A stretch of DNA of 64,000 nucleotides, from the NCBI GenBank assembly GCA_051362555.1, contig CM120642.1:23932001-23996000 (forward strand). Direction: 5' to 3'. How positions within the stretch are numbered: position 1 is the first letter of the stretch; every line of letters begins with the position of its first letter. Below, piece by piece: positions 35,175 through 48,400 of the stretch. The stretch comes from Lingula anatina. Taxonomy: Eukaryota > Animalia > Brachiopoda. The notes beneath the pieces are model-generated. The model searched no databases. It saw only the letters and a program-made list of their open reading frames with translations, and had not been told where the DNA came from. Both the position numbers and the translations under genes were made by a program.

Positions 35175-37199
35175 TTATTTATTTAGCTTTAGTTTAGTGC
35201 ACAGCTGCAATATTTGTCTCCTCATCATCCCAAGCCACTGAAACAGTTTAACAACACAACAACCTCTACCAACTTGCACAGAAGTTGACATGTTATCATT
35301 ATAACACCTATCACAAAAATTACATGTAATCCCAGTAAAACTGTTTTTTACATCACAGGCAATGCCTGCATGACTGGCAGTCTTCGCATTATTAGACACA
35401 GTAGCACCACTATTGATTTCAAGAGCTGAGATGTCACAGTCTTTGGGACCCAAATTCACACCATCACAATGTTTTATACCACCCATATCAGTAACCCTGC
35501 TAACATCATTGGCAATGACATCATGGTCACAAATGTCCTCAAATGCAGTGTCAACATTTTTAGTCTTGACATTGTCATCATTGTCAATGATATTCATATT
35601 ACTATTCACTGTAGTACACATTTTGGCATCAACCTCAAGATTGTCATTGAAACTGTTGTCATTGCTGGTTTCAGCCTTGTCACCACTGCCATTAACAGTG
35701 ATGATAACAGTATCACCAGCAGTGCCATCTTGTACCTCTGGGGTGCTATCTGTATCATTGACATTACTGGCCTCAGTGTCACGCGTCTCGGCATTACTGA
35801 CACTGACATCATTGGCATCAATATCACAGATGCTGTCAGCATGGACATCAGCACCAACTTTGTCTTTATCATCATGGAACGTAGGGACTGTGGGAATGGC
35901 ATCACTAGCATTGACATCATGAGTGCTGACATCAATGACATCTGGGGTGCTGTCATTGACATTACCAGCCTCAACGTCGACTCTCTTGAGATCTGGGGTG
36001 CTGTCATTGACATTACCAGCCTCAATGTCATCTCTCTTGAGATCTGGGGTGCTGTCATTGACATTACCAGCCTCAATGTCATCTCTCTTGAGATCTGGGG
36101 TGCTGTCATTGACACTACCAGTCTCAATGTCATCTTTCTTGACAGCATACCCATGATCAAACATGATGTCGTCCACATCCAGTCCCTCCCTTATTCTTTG
36201 CAAGTTTTCTTCCAGTTCATCTTCTGACAAAGCTCCACTAAAATACGGTGACAGGGGGTCTTCACTGTTGGGGTTATGCATGAGGAAAAGCAGTCCTTGT
36301 ACGCAGGTCTCTAGACCAAATGTCTCTTGCCATTCATCAAATAAGTTCAAGCAGATATTCGTATAGTCTGTGTCACACATGGGGTCTATATTAGGGTGGT
36401 AGATGTTTGTTTTGCAGATTACGTCAGGATACTGACTTGGGTAATTTTCTGGAATTTTGATCTGAAATTATAAATAAAGTTGATTCAAATTCAAGCTATA
36501 TGTATGTAAAATCAATTCATATGATCAGTAATACTGTATACTCATAACAAATGGACATCAATTTAAAACAAATATGATATTTAATAATGCCAACCTCTAT
36601 AAGAGAATATATGCATGGGATTACTTTGTGTATGTACTGTATATAAATTTTAAAAATAGGCATTGAACTTTCTAATTTTAGAGACATTATGCAGTTTCTG
36701 TGGAGTCATGAATATTCTGAGTTGCATTTAATAACTGAAATTTTAAACATGTATAAGGTTCAAGTGATAGGCCTTGCTGCAGGGTATATGCAGCTATATA
36801 TTGTTCATGTACCATTCATTATGCAGTTAATTCAAAACACAATTATGAAAAATACATGTAAATTTGTTTTTTTTCGACCTTTGATTGATCATTAACTTAT
36901 TTATTTCTCCTATTCATTTATAACTAACACCAAGAATTACATAAACATCTGCATTGCATTTTCATATTTCGATCCTTTTTAATTTAGATATATATTCTGA
37001 ATCAATTTACGCTGCATCATTAACTTACCTTGAATAAGTAAACTCCGTCTCTGTATGGCCCAGCATTAGGTCGTATTTCGATCTGAAACTCTGAGAGCTC
37101 CTCGTCTGGATCCCAGTGAACCACCTTCACCTGGTCCTCCGTGAAACTCCGCAGGTTCTTCAACAGAGTATGGAACTCCTTTTGGATACTCGAAGCCAT
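35175..37199 (-). CDS. Ubiquitin/UBL-conjugating E2 enzyme (Ubc12/UBE2F-like core) with long acidic C-terminal extension, ~485 aa
   Basis: Exon 1 37199-37029 (MASSIQKEF...FQIEIRPNAGPYRDGVYLFK, donor GTAAGT). Exon 2 36461-35175 (IKIPENYPSQYPDVICKTNIYHPNID..NICLNLFDEW..GLLFLMHNPNSEDPL). HPN motif and catalytic Cys intact. Confidence 0.88.
35941..36140 (-). repeat. 51-nt (17-aa) coding tandem repeat, 4 copies, in the E2 tail
   Basis: Unit DDIEAGNVNDSTPDLKR; TCTGGGGTGCTGTCATTGAC recurs at 35941, 35992, 36043 and 36094. Confidence 0.95.
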
Positions 37200-38509
37200 G
37201 GGTAATTCGAATTTATGAATAATTTTAAGCTGAACGAAAATGTTGGTCTGTTTTCCTACAATAATTTTTAAACTGCAAATATCCTGTAGAAATGAGCAGA
37301 AGAAAAAGTGGTTACTATATCTTCAGATTAACTGCCCGAAAGTAACCATCAACTAAATCAGTTAGTAAAATGTGCATGTAAAATTCTTCTTCGCTTCTTC
37401 CTTGACCCCATAACTTCCTCAAATGCCGACCAGCGCGGTCCCCAGCTTGTTTTAATGCATACTACACAGGCCAGATAGCTAGCCACGCCAATTATGGACA
37501 GATCGTTAAATTTGCTTACTTCACATTTTTGTCGAGAGTGGTGAAATCAGCATCTAAACCTCCCTTATATAGCTATTTCCAAGGCTGATGCAAACGCAAG
37601 CAATATAATGCTATTTGTTTACAACAACGTCATTCTTTGTTACTATTTTTAGCTGGATTCTCCAAGATAAGCCCAATACTCGTTGGTGTTCTTTGCGGGA
37701 AATAAAATCATCAATTCCCAAATCACATCAAAAAGAAATTCATCATTATCTCACTGAAAATGCGGGAAATACGTGTTGAAAATCGGGAATCACCGATTAT
37801 AGTGACTTCGTTTCTGATGTACTTAGGGCCAAACTTCAGACCTTTTTACCCGGCAAATTTTAACTTTAAAAATTATTGCTGCCCTGCAATTGTTTGGGGA
37901 AGTTGGTCTCGCCGATTAGTCATTCGCTCATAACTTCAGAGTCACTTTCATAACTTCTCTTTATGCTGTCATTTCTCCTTCATCATAGTGGCAACAGTGA
38001 GGTTCTGATATGCTTTAAATAAAATCTTTTTATGGGGGGGGGGGAGGGTTATTTCGTTCAATTTTCTGATTTAAATTTTGTTTTCTTTGCCGAGGAAAGA
38101 TTGCTTGGAGCCATCTTTTTAAATACATTTTTACTGATTTATCTTGAATTTTGAAACAGGGACTCATCATGACTTACGGGCCAGTCACAGTCGGTCATGG
38201 GAGTGACAGTGGCGGATTAAAGAGGGGGGTGTTAGGGGGTCCTGACCCCCCCCCCCCCCCCACCCTCTTCGATTTCTGAAAAAATCACACCAATGGGCTT
38301 CTCTTGAAATTAGAATTTTGTGTAGCTGAATCATAGTTTTAAACCGTTTGTAGCGAATGGCACCATTCGCCCTCTAAATACCAAAAAAATTCGGGGCCCT
38401 TTTTCGGGGCTATCCTCACTACTATTTTGGTATAATTTCAACCTTTTGGCTGCTATGCTTTTAATAAAATTCTTCTTCATCTACTATTTTGTCATTATAT
38501 AGCGTACAT

Positions 38510-38657
38510 CAGGGCCGTAGCCTCCGGGGGGGCAGGGGGGGCAGCTGTCCCCCCTGGAATTTGGAATTTTACATACCACACCCTCCCCCCTCGGTAGCTT
38601 CGCCCCCTCGTGTCCGCTTACTGCCCCCCCTGGCATTTTGCTCAGGCTACGGCCCTG
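38510..38657. mobile_element. hAT-like MITE with 5-bp TSD
   Basis: CAGGGCCGTAGCC / GGCTACGGCCCTG; TSD TACAT. Confidence 0.75.
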
Positions 38658-39294
38658 TACATATATACTGCCAATCAGTTACTCGAAATAAAGCACTGTC
38701 GACACGGTTTAAATGGTGATATACTGTATACATGTATTAGCCATGGTGTTTATCTGGACAAATGAGCCTCTATTAGAACACTGCTAAAAAAGACTTGAGG
38801 CCGAAAATCACAGGGTTAAATATTAATGTGGAAAAAAATTAAAGAAAACAGGTGGAAAAAAGCAAGAAATTTTGTCTGAAAAGGAATATACACATTTGGG
38901 GGTGGAGCCCGTTGGCCGGTCTCTCATTGGTCGGAATTAATAGAGCCCAGAGAACAATGAGATCCTGTGTTTGTCTTGTATAAATCTCGTTTTCCGGAAA
39001 AGGTGCCCTCCCTGGCGCTTCGTGATGAGATTGCAAATCAAAATACTGTCAGAAATTTATTAAAATGCGAGAAAACACAAGAACTTTGATTTTACTCCTT
39101 GGGAAACCTTAGAGTCGGGCTATCACTTTGCTGTCTACTAGTTTCTTCACAAGTTTGATCCTAATTTTTATTTGAAAAACTTTTCAGACAACAAAAGGTG
39201 TAGATATTATGAAAATTTGGCAAACATTTTATTAGAAATGAGAACCAATCGAGCTTGATCACATGACCAATTCTATATATGGAATATATAGGAT

Positions 39295-39591
39295 CACTGA
39301 GAATAAAATTGAAGTGGAGTTAACATGGAGTTAACGTGGAGTTAACATTGAGTTAACAGTATTCATCATCCTTTGTCAGTATAAACATTACTTTATTGGC
39401 CATAGTTGGTTTTATGCATGAACAAGTGGTTTTCTGTGTGTTTCTGCAGAACTCGTGCACTTATTACTGGCATGGGCTTTCAGTTGCCCACACCCTTTAT
39501 GTGATATGTTGGTATACAGGTCAGCCGGTTTTGTTTCCAGGTTGAAGGTTTGACCCGCCAATGCATGTCACTGGGGAGGTATGCTCACTCA

Positions 39592-39669
<78 letters not shown>

Positions 39670-40082
39670 ATGCTGTTTATATAAAAAATTACAAACTGTT
39701 TGTTATTGCTGTTCCATATGCGACCGGATGGCCTTGTGATTAGAGTGCCCGCCGCCGGACGTGGTTTCGAACCCTACCGGGGACATGCTGGTCTTTAATA
39801 TACGGTACCTGCTATCTCCCCGCTTGGCACTGTTGTTGTTGTTTTTTTTTCATAATGAGCCAAGGAGTCAAAAATTCCTTAATATGGGGTCATGGTGACT
39901 CTTTTGTAGAGATAAATCAAGGGATGAAGGGATGTGTGAATGGAGTCAATTGTGACCCTCCTGTGGGGTTTGGGATGGCGTTACTCCATCGGAGTCGACG
40001 TGACTCCAGTTGGGAGTTATTTTAGGCACCACTGATGGACTCCAAGTTTGGAGTCAGTTGGACTCCGATTTTATTCTCAGTG
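39295..40082. mobile_element. CACTA/EnSpm-like non-autonomous element
   Basis: TIR CACTGAGAATAAAAT / ATTTTATTCTCAGTG; subterminal GGAGTTAAC and GGAGTC/GACTCC repeats. No clear TSD. Confidence 0.65.
39722..39830 (+). mobile_element. Possible tRNA-derived SINE head
   Basis: A-box-like TGGCCTTGTGATTAGAG and B-box-like GGTTTCGAACCC, followed by non-tRNA sequence; no cloverleaf 3' end. Confidence 0.4.
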
Positions 40083-41037
40083 CTTCTCAAACGCTATACT
40101 GACGAACAACTCCATATCATCAAAAGCACAAATTTGAAAAATGACTACATCACTAAGGTTGAAATAAAACAGACGACCATAATTGGTGGTAATGCCAATG
40201 TTTTTGTGAAGCAAAAACCTATCTGCATTTAGAACGTGGATAAAACATCTGGATATTCAATTTTATTTTTAAAAATAACTGTAGAGACAGACAATTTTCA
40301 TACAGAACCAAAATTAATCTCATTCAATTGATCATTTATGGAATTCTAAATGATCATCCTGAACTTCGGTTTTCTCTTAAGCTATTGAAATCCATGAACC
40401 GCTAAAATTCTTAATATTCAAAAGACTTGAGTACATTATTAGATTGTATTCCTCTTACATTCAGAATATCACTCTTCATTACCATTCCATATTCTCTAAA
40501 ATTGATTGCAGACAAGCTGGATCCTTAAAAGCCAAGACTGCTAGGACGTCCAATTATTAACAAAAGTGACGACAGGGGCTCGTTGCTAGCACCATTTAGT
40601 GTTTTATATCTTGGGTATTAGGACTAGGATTGATGGCATCTGCGTTCGGGCATTATTTCCGGAAAACTGCCCTTACGTAGCCTACAAATGAAGTGTAAAA
40701 TGTTTACACAAAAAGCATGAAAAGCAATGAAAGCTTTCAGTAACTGCAACAAAGAATATGTATGTCACTGGCATTTACACACCGTTAATACTTGTATTTT
40801 GGCGTTTCATAAAGCTTTTGTTCTTGATATGATCAAAGCAGAACGCACAGTTAAAATGCGCTTCCTTCATTAAAAAGTATGAATTTTAAAACTAAATACA
40901 CAGCATCTTTCAAAAAAAAAAAAAAAAAAAAAAACTCATTTACAAAAAAAAAAAAAAAAAAAAGCATTGACAAAAAAAGCAAAGAAAGAAAAACTGTTGC
41001 TCTATTGAACACGTATTATATAATAATAATATATTAA

Positions 41038-41375
41038 AGTGATAATAACTCTTCATTTTGGCCAAAAAATGAATGTTCCTGCATGGAGTAAACAACAATT
41101 TTCCCATACTTACCAATTGTTAATAAATTCATTTTTACATTCAAAGCTAGTCCCTGGGTTTTTTTTCTGAAACGTTTTTTTTTCATAATCTCTCAAGAGA
41201 TTATAACAGGGTATAGCCATCAATGAGGTCACGTGGTCAAAAGACAAGCTCAGATATCAGAATAATAGCTATAACTGCCGTTTTTGTGGTAAAACAGAAT
41301 ATATTATATTTCTGTGAGTTGTTCACAATGTTTTTATTGCGAAATATAGATCTCATACGAGGAGTTATTATCCTT
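41038..41375. mobile_element. TTAA-targeting (Kolobok-like) MITE
   Basis: TTAA flanks; TIR AGTGATAATAACTCTTC / GAGGAGTTATTATCCTT. Closely similar to 49911-50246. Confidence 0.8.
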
Positions 41376-42641
41376 TTAATAATTTATTTCAGCTTGTAAT
41401 GTTATGTGGCTGTCTATGCTGTTTGCATAGTATAGGAAAAAATAATATAAATGAAAAATTTAACAACACTAGGCTATCTGTGCAAATAAGTTGAAGAATG
41501 TAAGGAGCGCTTTTTGCTATAAGGGATTTATTTTGCGAGTTAAGTAGGAAGTAGTTTCTGATCACTATATATAAGAAACGCAATAATACACCGATAATAA
41601 ATGAAGAATTTTATTTTATTTTATTCTACTTCTATAACACAACACAACACAAAAACATGTTTTAAGAGAGTGCTAAGATTCTACAAAATGAAAGTGACGA
41701 GAGATAAAGAGGGATAAAGGAAGATCTGAAAGTTGGCCGATAGTATGTAAAAATATTTTGTCTTAGTGATTTTTTTTTTTTGCAAGTTTGTGACAAATTG
41801 AAAGAGCTTTTGGACTCTAAAATGTCTGCTACATGAATTTCCTTCAGTTAATTGTAAATGAAAAAACAAATGACTAAATTTAGTGAATAGACAACAGCTT
41901 CCTCACAGTAATTTGCCCAGTTTGTTGAATTTGCATTGAGAAAAGCTTATAATAACTATAGAATGAATGATAATTTAGTTCATTGTTCACCCTCTACCCT
42001 GGCCCATAACTTGCCTTGAAGGGCCTAAATCCTAATGGTATCACAACTAGGCAAGGACTCTTCAATTCCCATATGCTGATATCACTTTCTCCATTTTAAC
42101 CTTGTGAAGTAGACCATCAGGCCAGGCACTCGCCAATGCTATCTGTCTCAACATCAAAACAGAATTTAGAAGACATTAGTTTCCTCTCTTTACCTCCCCC
42201 CCCCCACCAACCCGCTAACCTTAAAAAAGTTCTTCATTCTAGAAGTAGGTCAAGGGGAAGATACACTGCCTTGCGAAAGTGAGCTGTAAAAATTAATGTG
42301 GCTAAGGGCTTTATCTCAAAAGTAAAGTAAAGACTTTCCTGTATTATTCTCCCTAATAACATTAGTTACCTTTTACGGCTTGGAAGATTTCTATTTCAGT
42401 GAAACACCATATGCTTCTGATGTTCCCCATGCAGCCACCTTATAAACTGATCATGGCAAGAATCACCACCGGGCACTAGGGATTGATTAAAATGATTGCA
42501 TTTGCCACTCTATTTGCACTTCTTATGAACAGTGGGAGCTCTGTCAGGAGTTGCCACAATTGAATTCTGCAAACATGAAGGAAAATAGCGAACCATTGTC
42601 CAGTTTGTTTAATTTTTATAAAGCAAATGACCACCTCAACG

Positions 42642-42676
<35 letters not shown>

Positions 42677-43357
42677 GAGCCGTTATGTGCCTGGTCAGGA
42701 AAACACCAATGATGAGTAATTGAGCTATTAGTATGGAAGTTCTAGTGTACGGCAACTTAGGTCGTATACTCGCCAGGGAGATGTGAAAGGATGACAGTGA
42801 CCACTCACTTATAACAATGTTAAAACGCGTACTAAAAAGTGCAGGTTTAAGGGGATAAAGTAAACGTATGAATGAGAAATATTTAATTTGAATTTTTATC
42901 TTATTGTCCTATTTATTATTTTTTCTGTTTTTTTTCTTTACTAATGCTATTGTTTGCATATATACTTTATTTAAACCATAGCCTATATTTATTTACAACT
43001 CTTATTAGTCGCGTTTCCATAAACAATCAAACATTGAACATCTTCATCTACACTTGAATTTGACTTTTACCTACATCTCCCCATAAAATGCTCTCACATC
43101 ATTTTCCCAACCATACTTCTCCCTGAGCAGTGTTACAAGACATTATAGGCGGATCTAGTGGAGATCTTGAGAAGAAATTAAAAGCTGTTCTCGTTCCAAG
43201 CTAAAAGACATTTTCAGGGTGCAGATAACGCAAACAAAAATAAAAAATAAAAAAAAAGATACACTGTATATGGTAAACGGCGTAATTTTTCTTTAATAGG
43301 TGAGGGTACCACAGTACACAAAAGGATATGTAATAAAACTGAAATATAGGACTCTTT

Positions 43358-43532
43358 GATCTCATTCAGATTAGGGGACTAATTAGTCCGAGGGTCAAAT
43401 ATGGCCGACCCACTTGAATACTTCCCCACGGGATACCTTTTCAGTGTCTATTAGCAGATTAGACGGAAAGCTTTGTAGTGGGTCGCCATATTTGACCATC
43501 GGACTAGTTAGACCCCTATTCTGAATGGGGCC
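43358..43532. mobile_element. PIF/Harbinger-like MITE
   Basis: CATTCAGATTAGGGGACTAATTAGTCCGAGGGTC...GACCCCTATTCTGAATGGGGCC; homologous to 54829-54998. Confidence 0.7.
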
Positions 43533-44731
43533 TTTGAAACCTTTTTATTTTGGTATACTCTTATCCCCGATTGTGGTATTTCAGTGGGCGTTGATAATCA
43601 TCATATCATCAAAATATGTTCAATGATGCCGAGTTTAAAATGCCAGTGGTTAGAAAAACTGTTGATTAGGCCAGACAAATTTGATAAGTTGGTTAACTAG
43701 CAGCGCCCCCCTAGCCTGTAAACAGACCAAATTCATTTTGTTTTTGACTATAAACGTATGGCGTTGAACAAGCTTAGCAGCTTCGTTTTTTACTTCAGGG
43801 AATTATGAAATGTCAAAACCACCGTGTGAGCAATTCTAAAACATAAAACAATTGCATCAACGTTTTTCTTGGTGTGAATTTCAAACACTAGCCAAACCAA
43901 AACCAAATGCATTTTCAAATTTGAACGAAAGAATCTGTGTTAAATTAATACAAAATTAGCACCGGTCGTGCTCGTAAACCAACTTATAAATTTTGTCTGG
44001 TCTAGCCAGCAACTGAATAGGGCACCAGCATAAATGCATATTCTTCTGTAACAATATTTATATAAAATATTATCATATTTTCCGTTCACCCTATTTATCT
44101 TTTTTCTTGTTTGTCAAGTAAACAACCTTAATATATGCAGGCAGGAAACATTAATGTACATGTACCTGTTCCTGTTGCACATAATGTGTAAAAAGACTTA
44201 AAATCCATAAAATATGAGGAAGGGGGGTAAGGTGAAATAGAGGGATATACTGCAGATTTTTTTCTCTTTCAGATTAATATTCAGGTTTGCCGCGTCATCT
44301 TTTAGTGGTGTTCAAAGGGTCTGACTGTATTCTATCAAAATTAATTTGTCTTATGAGTGATATCACTTACATTTGCAGTGATTACATAAGCAATCCCCTT
44401 AACACCCTCAACATTAAGCCACGTGTTAGACCTTAATGATAGACAACCGCATCGTTGTGGTCACGTTGCAAAATCCTTGACTTCACCCTTATTAATTATC
44501 CCTCTGTGCATTATTGCATCATACGACTTCGCTCTCTGGCAAGGACACCCATGTGGTAAGTGTCTGTTACATACCTTTACACTAAAACGGTTTGTCAAGG
44601 CGCTATATATTATTGGGCTTTCTTGTTTTTACGTTCGCAATAAGGATGTGTTATGACCAACCACAGCAGAAGACCTTAGACAATTAGATGGAACTACTGA
44701 CACTGATGAAGAAAAAGAATTGTGGAATTGG

Positions 44732-44773
<42 letters not shown>

Positions 44774-45417
44774 GAAGGCATCTAATTAGAAACAGTGGCA
44801 TCAAAAGTAAAAAGATTATGAGTTATACCACTCATCCTACTTATGAAATTTTAAATCCCCTTACAAGTAGTTTTTTAATCCCATTATTAGTGGTTAAATA
44901 GCAGTTTTTCACGTTTTATGCAACGAGAGTCAGTGCGCACGAAATACCTAACTCATTCCGAAAGCCGACCCCCCCTACATACTATGGCGAAATACTAATT
45001 TCTTTTCATTATTTTTATTATTATTATTATTATTATTATTACTGCAGTTGTGGGTAACTTATAATCGTTCAACGTGTTGGTATGATTTCCAGACAAGAAA
45101 TCCGATAGTCAGAGAGTGGAGGGTTTGGCTTTTCTGAACTGAAACTGGAGACCTTTAAGGCCATATAAGTCGAACTATTGAATGACATAACCGTAGAAAG
45201 TAGGTTGAGCCAAACCAAATGTTTGATTGATTTAAAATATCGATCAATCAAATTAATTTATTTTATATGCAAAATACTCGTACAACAAAAGATATACATT
45301 AAGGGTGGAAAGGTGACCGACTTCAGCTGATCCATCTATCACGCTTTTCTGCCTTTGTGGAAGTAATATGTATGCATAAGTTGTGTTTCCACATTTTCCA
45401 TATTTTCTGTTTCAGCT

Positions 45418-48400
45418 ATGATGCTGCGTATCATACTGTGCATAACTCTGTGCTGTACTCTGGCGAATGCCTACTCCAAGTAAGTTTTTATACTTTGTGA
45501 AAATGGATGTTTTGCACGTTCATCATTTAAGTTTCTCCTTTTAATAAATGCAGTTGGCTATTAAGCAGTCCTAATTTTATAGATTATTGGCACGAGTCTA
45601 TATTTTACCTGTATGCATGTACATGTGCCCTTCCTCGTGATACTGCATGTAAATCCAACACTTTTGAGAAAATGTCCAAATGTGTTTCCAGCCTTTCCAT
45701 GTGATAGGAATAATGATGCTTGTAGAATAAGCACCCTTTACATCATCCATGCAAATCTGGGAAAGCTGTAGTATTTAGACTTATTATTTTCTTTATTTTC
45801 ATTTGTACACCATTAGATAAATTACTCAATTTTAGCCCACAGAGTATTGTTCATTTGGTACATGTGTACTAGGATGCCTCCCAAACCTAAAAAATGTTTC
45901 CAATGAAGTTTATTTCTTGATTTGGGGCCCCGTGGGTCCCAGGGTAATTTTATCCTGGTTGCAACACTCATGATTAAGGTATTGTTATAAATGTATGTTA
46001 GCAGCAAAATCGAACTCCCATTCCAGGTCGTACATGATAGTTTTTCCGAATGCTATTCGCCCGGGAATGCCATTAAAACTGGGCGTGACCATCTTTAGGG
46101 CGAGTGCGCCTGTAAATGTGACTTGCATTATGGCCAAAGACAACGCATATCTCGCGTCACAGAGTGGACTTTTTGAAGCAGGTATTGTTACAGAAAGTGG
46201 AATAGTTATTGTCTTTACCATTCAAAGATTATAATTAAACCCTTTTATTAGCCACAGAAAGCCAAATCAATCATACTTTAGCCACACGCACTTGCAGAGC
46301 TATGGTTGTGATAGGAGCTGTTAGCATTTTGAGAAAATTGTTTTTTTGACGCACCGTACGTCATTGCGGTGTGCAAATAAAAACGTGCCCCCTTTGATAT
46401 AGCGATCTTAATTCTTAATTCAACTGTCACTTTTTATTTTGAATTTTCTTTTTCTTTGAATTACAACTCCATCACGGTTTACTTTCAGGAGAGCCTGGAA
46501 CCCTATTGCTTCAGGTAACTGAAAAAAAATCTCCATCATAACTTTTCCCGCATCCTCCCGCATTCTGCAAACATCCTTCGACTCTATTAAAATTCTCTTT
46601 ATTGGCTTCAAACCGGTGAATTGTTTAATGTATATCAAACAGTATTTACCATTTTGATTACCGCAAAGGTATAATTTTTGCTTGCCAGAGATATGTGAAT
46701 TATTTATGCACTGTCGCATAATTTAGACCTCGCTTTATTTTTTCATCATCTTTGAATATACAGGTTCCAACAGATGCAACTCCTGGGACATATAAAATTC
46801 GCATCGATGGAACAGGAGGATTGGCTTTCAATAATGAATCCCAACTAAGTTTCAAGACCAAAACAATGTCCATCTTGATCCAGACTGACAAGCCCATCTA
46901 CAAACAAGGACAGACCGGTCAGTTTTACACGATTACAGCGGGTCCAATTTTCTCGTTATGCTTCCTTAGTGTCCGTGTGCTTATAGTTTATACATGTAGA
47001 AATGCAATGTGATATCTGAGATGCCTTCACAATGGCACACCCTTTACTTTTTCAAATGTTTTGTCGAGAAAGATGTTGGTCCAATATCTAACGTGAATGT
47101 TTCTTTTACTCCCAGTGCGAATACGAGCGTTGGCTGTATATCCCGACTTAAAGAGCTTCAGTGGACCGCTGACAGTGGAAATTTACGTAAGCTGTAAAGT
47201 CAATGTGTCAGCCATCAAGCGTAAAGCATCCCTTTAAGACCACTTTTGGTAGCCTTTTTGATACCTTTTAGTAACAGTCAAGCGTCAAATCCATTCTATC
47301 ATTGCCTTCTATAATAAATACAGCCTTGTAAAGATGACAAAATTCAAGCCAAACAAAGTTGATTGATTACTGGAAGCGCTTTAATTTGGTCCAGAAAATC
47401 TTGCCTCCCATGCCTTAAAAGTTTAAACATCTTTTACCAAAGGACCCGTCGAATAACAAAATCAAAAGCTGGGTTGATCTCCAAGAGTCTTCAGGAGTTG
47501 TAGCCGCTGAACTTCTTCTCTCTGATCAGCCTCCGCTCGGCTCCTGGACTGTCAGGGTGACGGCGGCGGTAAGTTCCAGGCTTTCACATGCTGAATATTT
47601 TATTGATGTTTTGATATAAAGTTAGTGTTTGAGATAAATGATATGAGAATGGTTACGAAAAAGCACTGTACGTTAGCGCTATGGCTGAAGCTGTTAATGC
47701 AGTTATATTAACTAAACTAGAAAAGCACTCCGAGAGCGCAGACCTCCGCCAAAGCAGCGATTTTTTATTATTATTGATTATTGATTGATTATTGGTCCGG
47801 ATCATCAAAAACTAATCATCTTTTCCTTGGCCCACTTCTGACAGTTCATGAAAATTTCATCAAAATCGGTCCATAACTTTTTGAGTTATGTTGATGACAG
47901 ACAAACAGACAAACAAACAGGCAAACAGGGGTAAAAACATAACCTTCTTGGCGGAGGTAATTAATAACTTCTTAAAGCGTAGCAACATGCACGTCGTAAT
48001 GTTGTTTTCATAATATGATGCTCCAGTATATTACAAAAGGTTCAACTATAAGTGATGTGAAATGAAAATTGTACACAGAAGATCAAGCTAAGACCGGTAA
48101 TGGCAGCTAAAATTAGTGATCATATGATATGAATTAAAACCATGTAACTTGATTCTGGTATTTAAGCGTTTTAGCTGTTTTGCAGTTTTTTATGTGATCG
48201 ACAAAAACATGCGTGCAGCTTATTTTTTTAAAGATTTAATTCTAAAAATGTCCTGTCTTTTAATATGATCCGTTATTATTCAAATATCGTGTTAAATTAT
48301 TTAATAATTTTCTACCTAGCTCCAAACGGAAGAGAAGGAATTTACTGTGACTGAATACGGTACGTTAATATTATATTAATACTGCATATACAGTATACAC

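Noticed and set aside
35413-36227. Long overlapping ORFs on + (35413-35922, 35469-36227) and an alternative - frame (35606-36178)
   Set aside because: Shadows of the low-complexity, repeat-rich E2 tail; no recognisable motifs.
37580-37775. E2F-like GCGGGAAA (x2) and TGATGCAA motifs upstream of the E2 gene
   Set aside because: Short motifs with no TSS evidence; they could occur by chance.
39722-39800. tRNA gene
   Set aside because: A/B-box-like motifs are present, but I could not build an acceptor stem or anticodon arm; a SINE head fits better.
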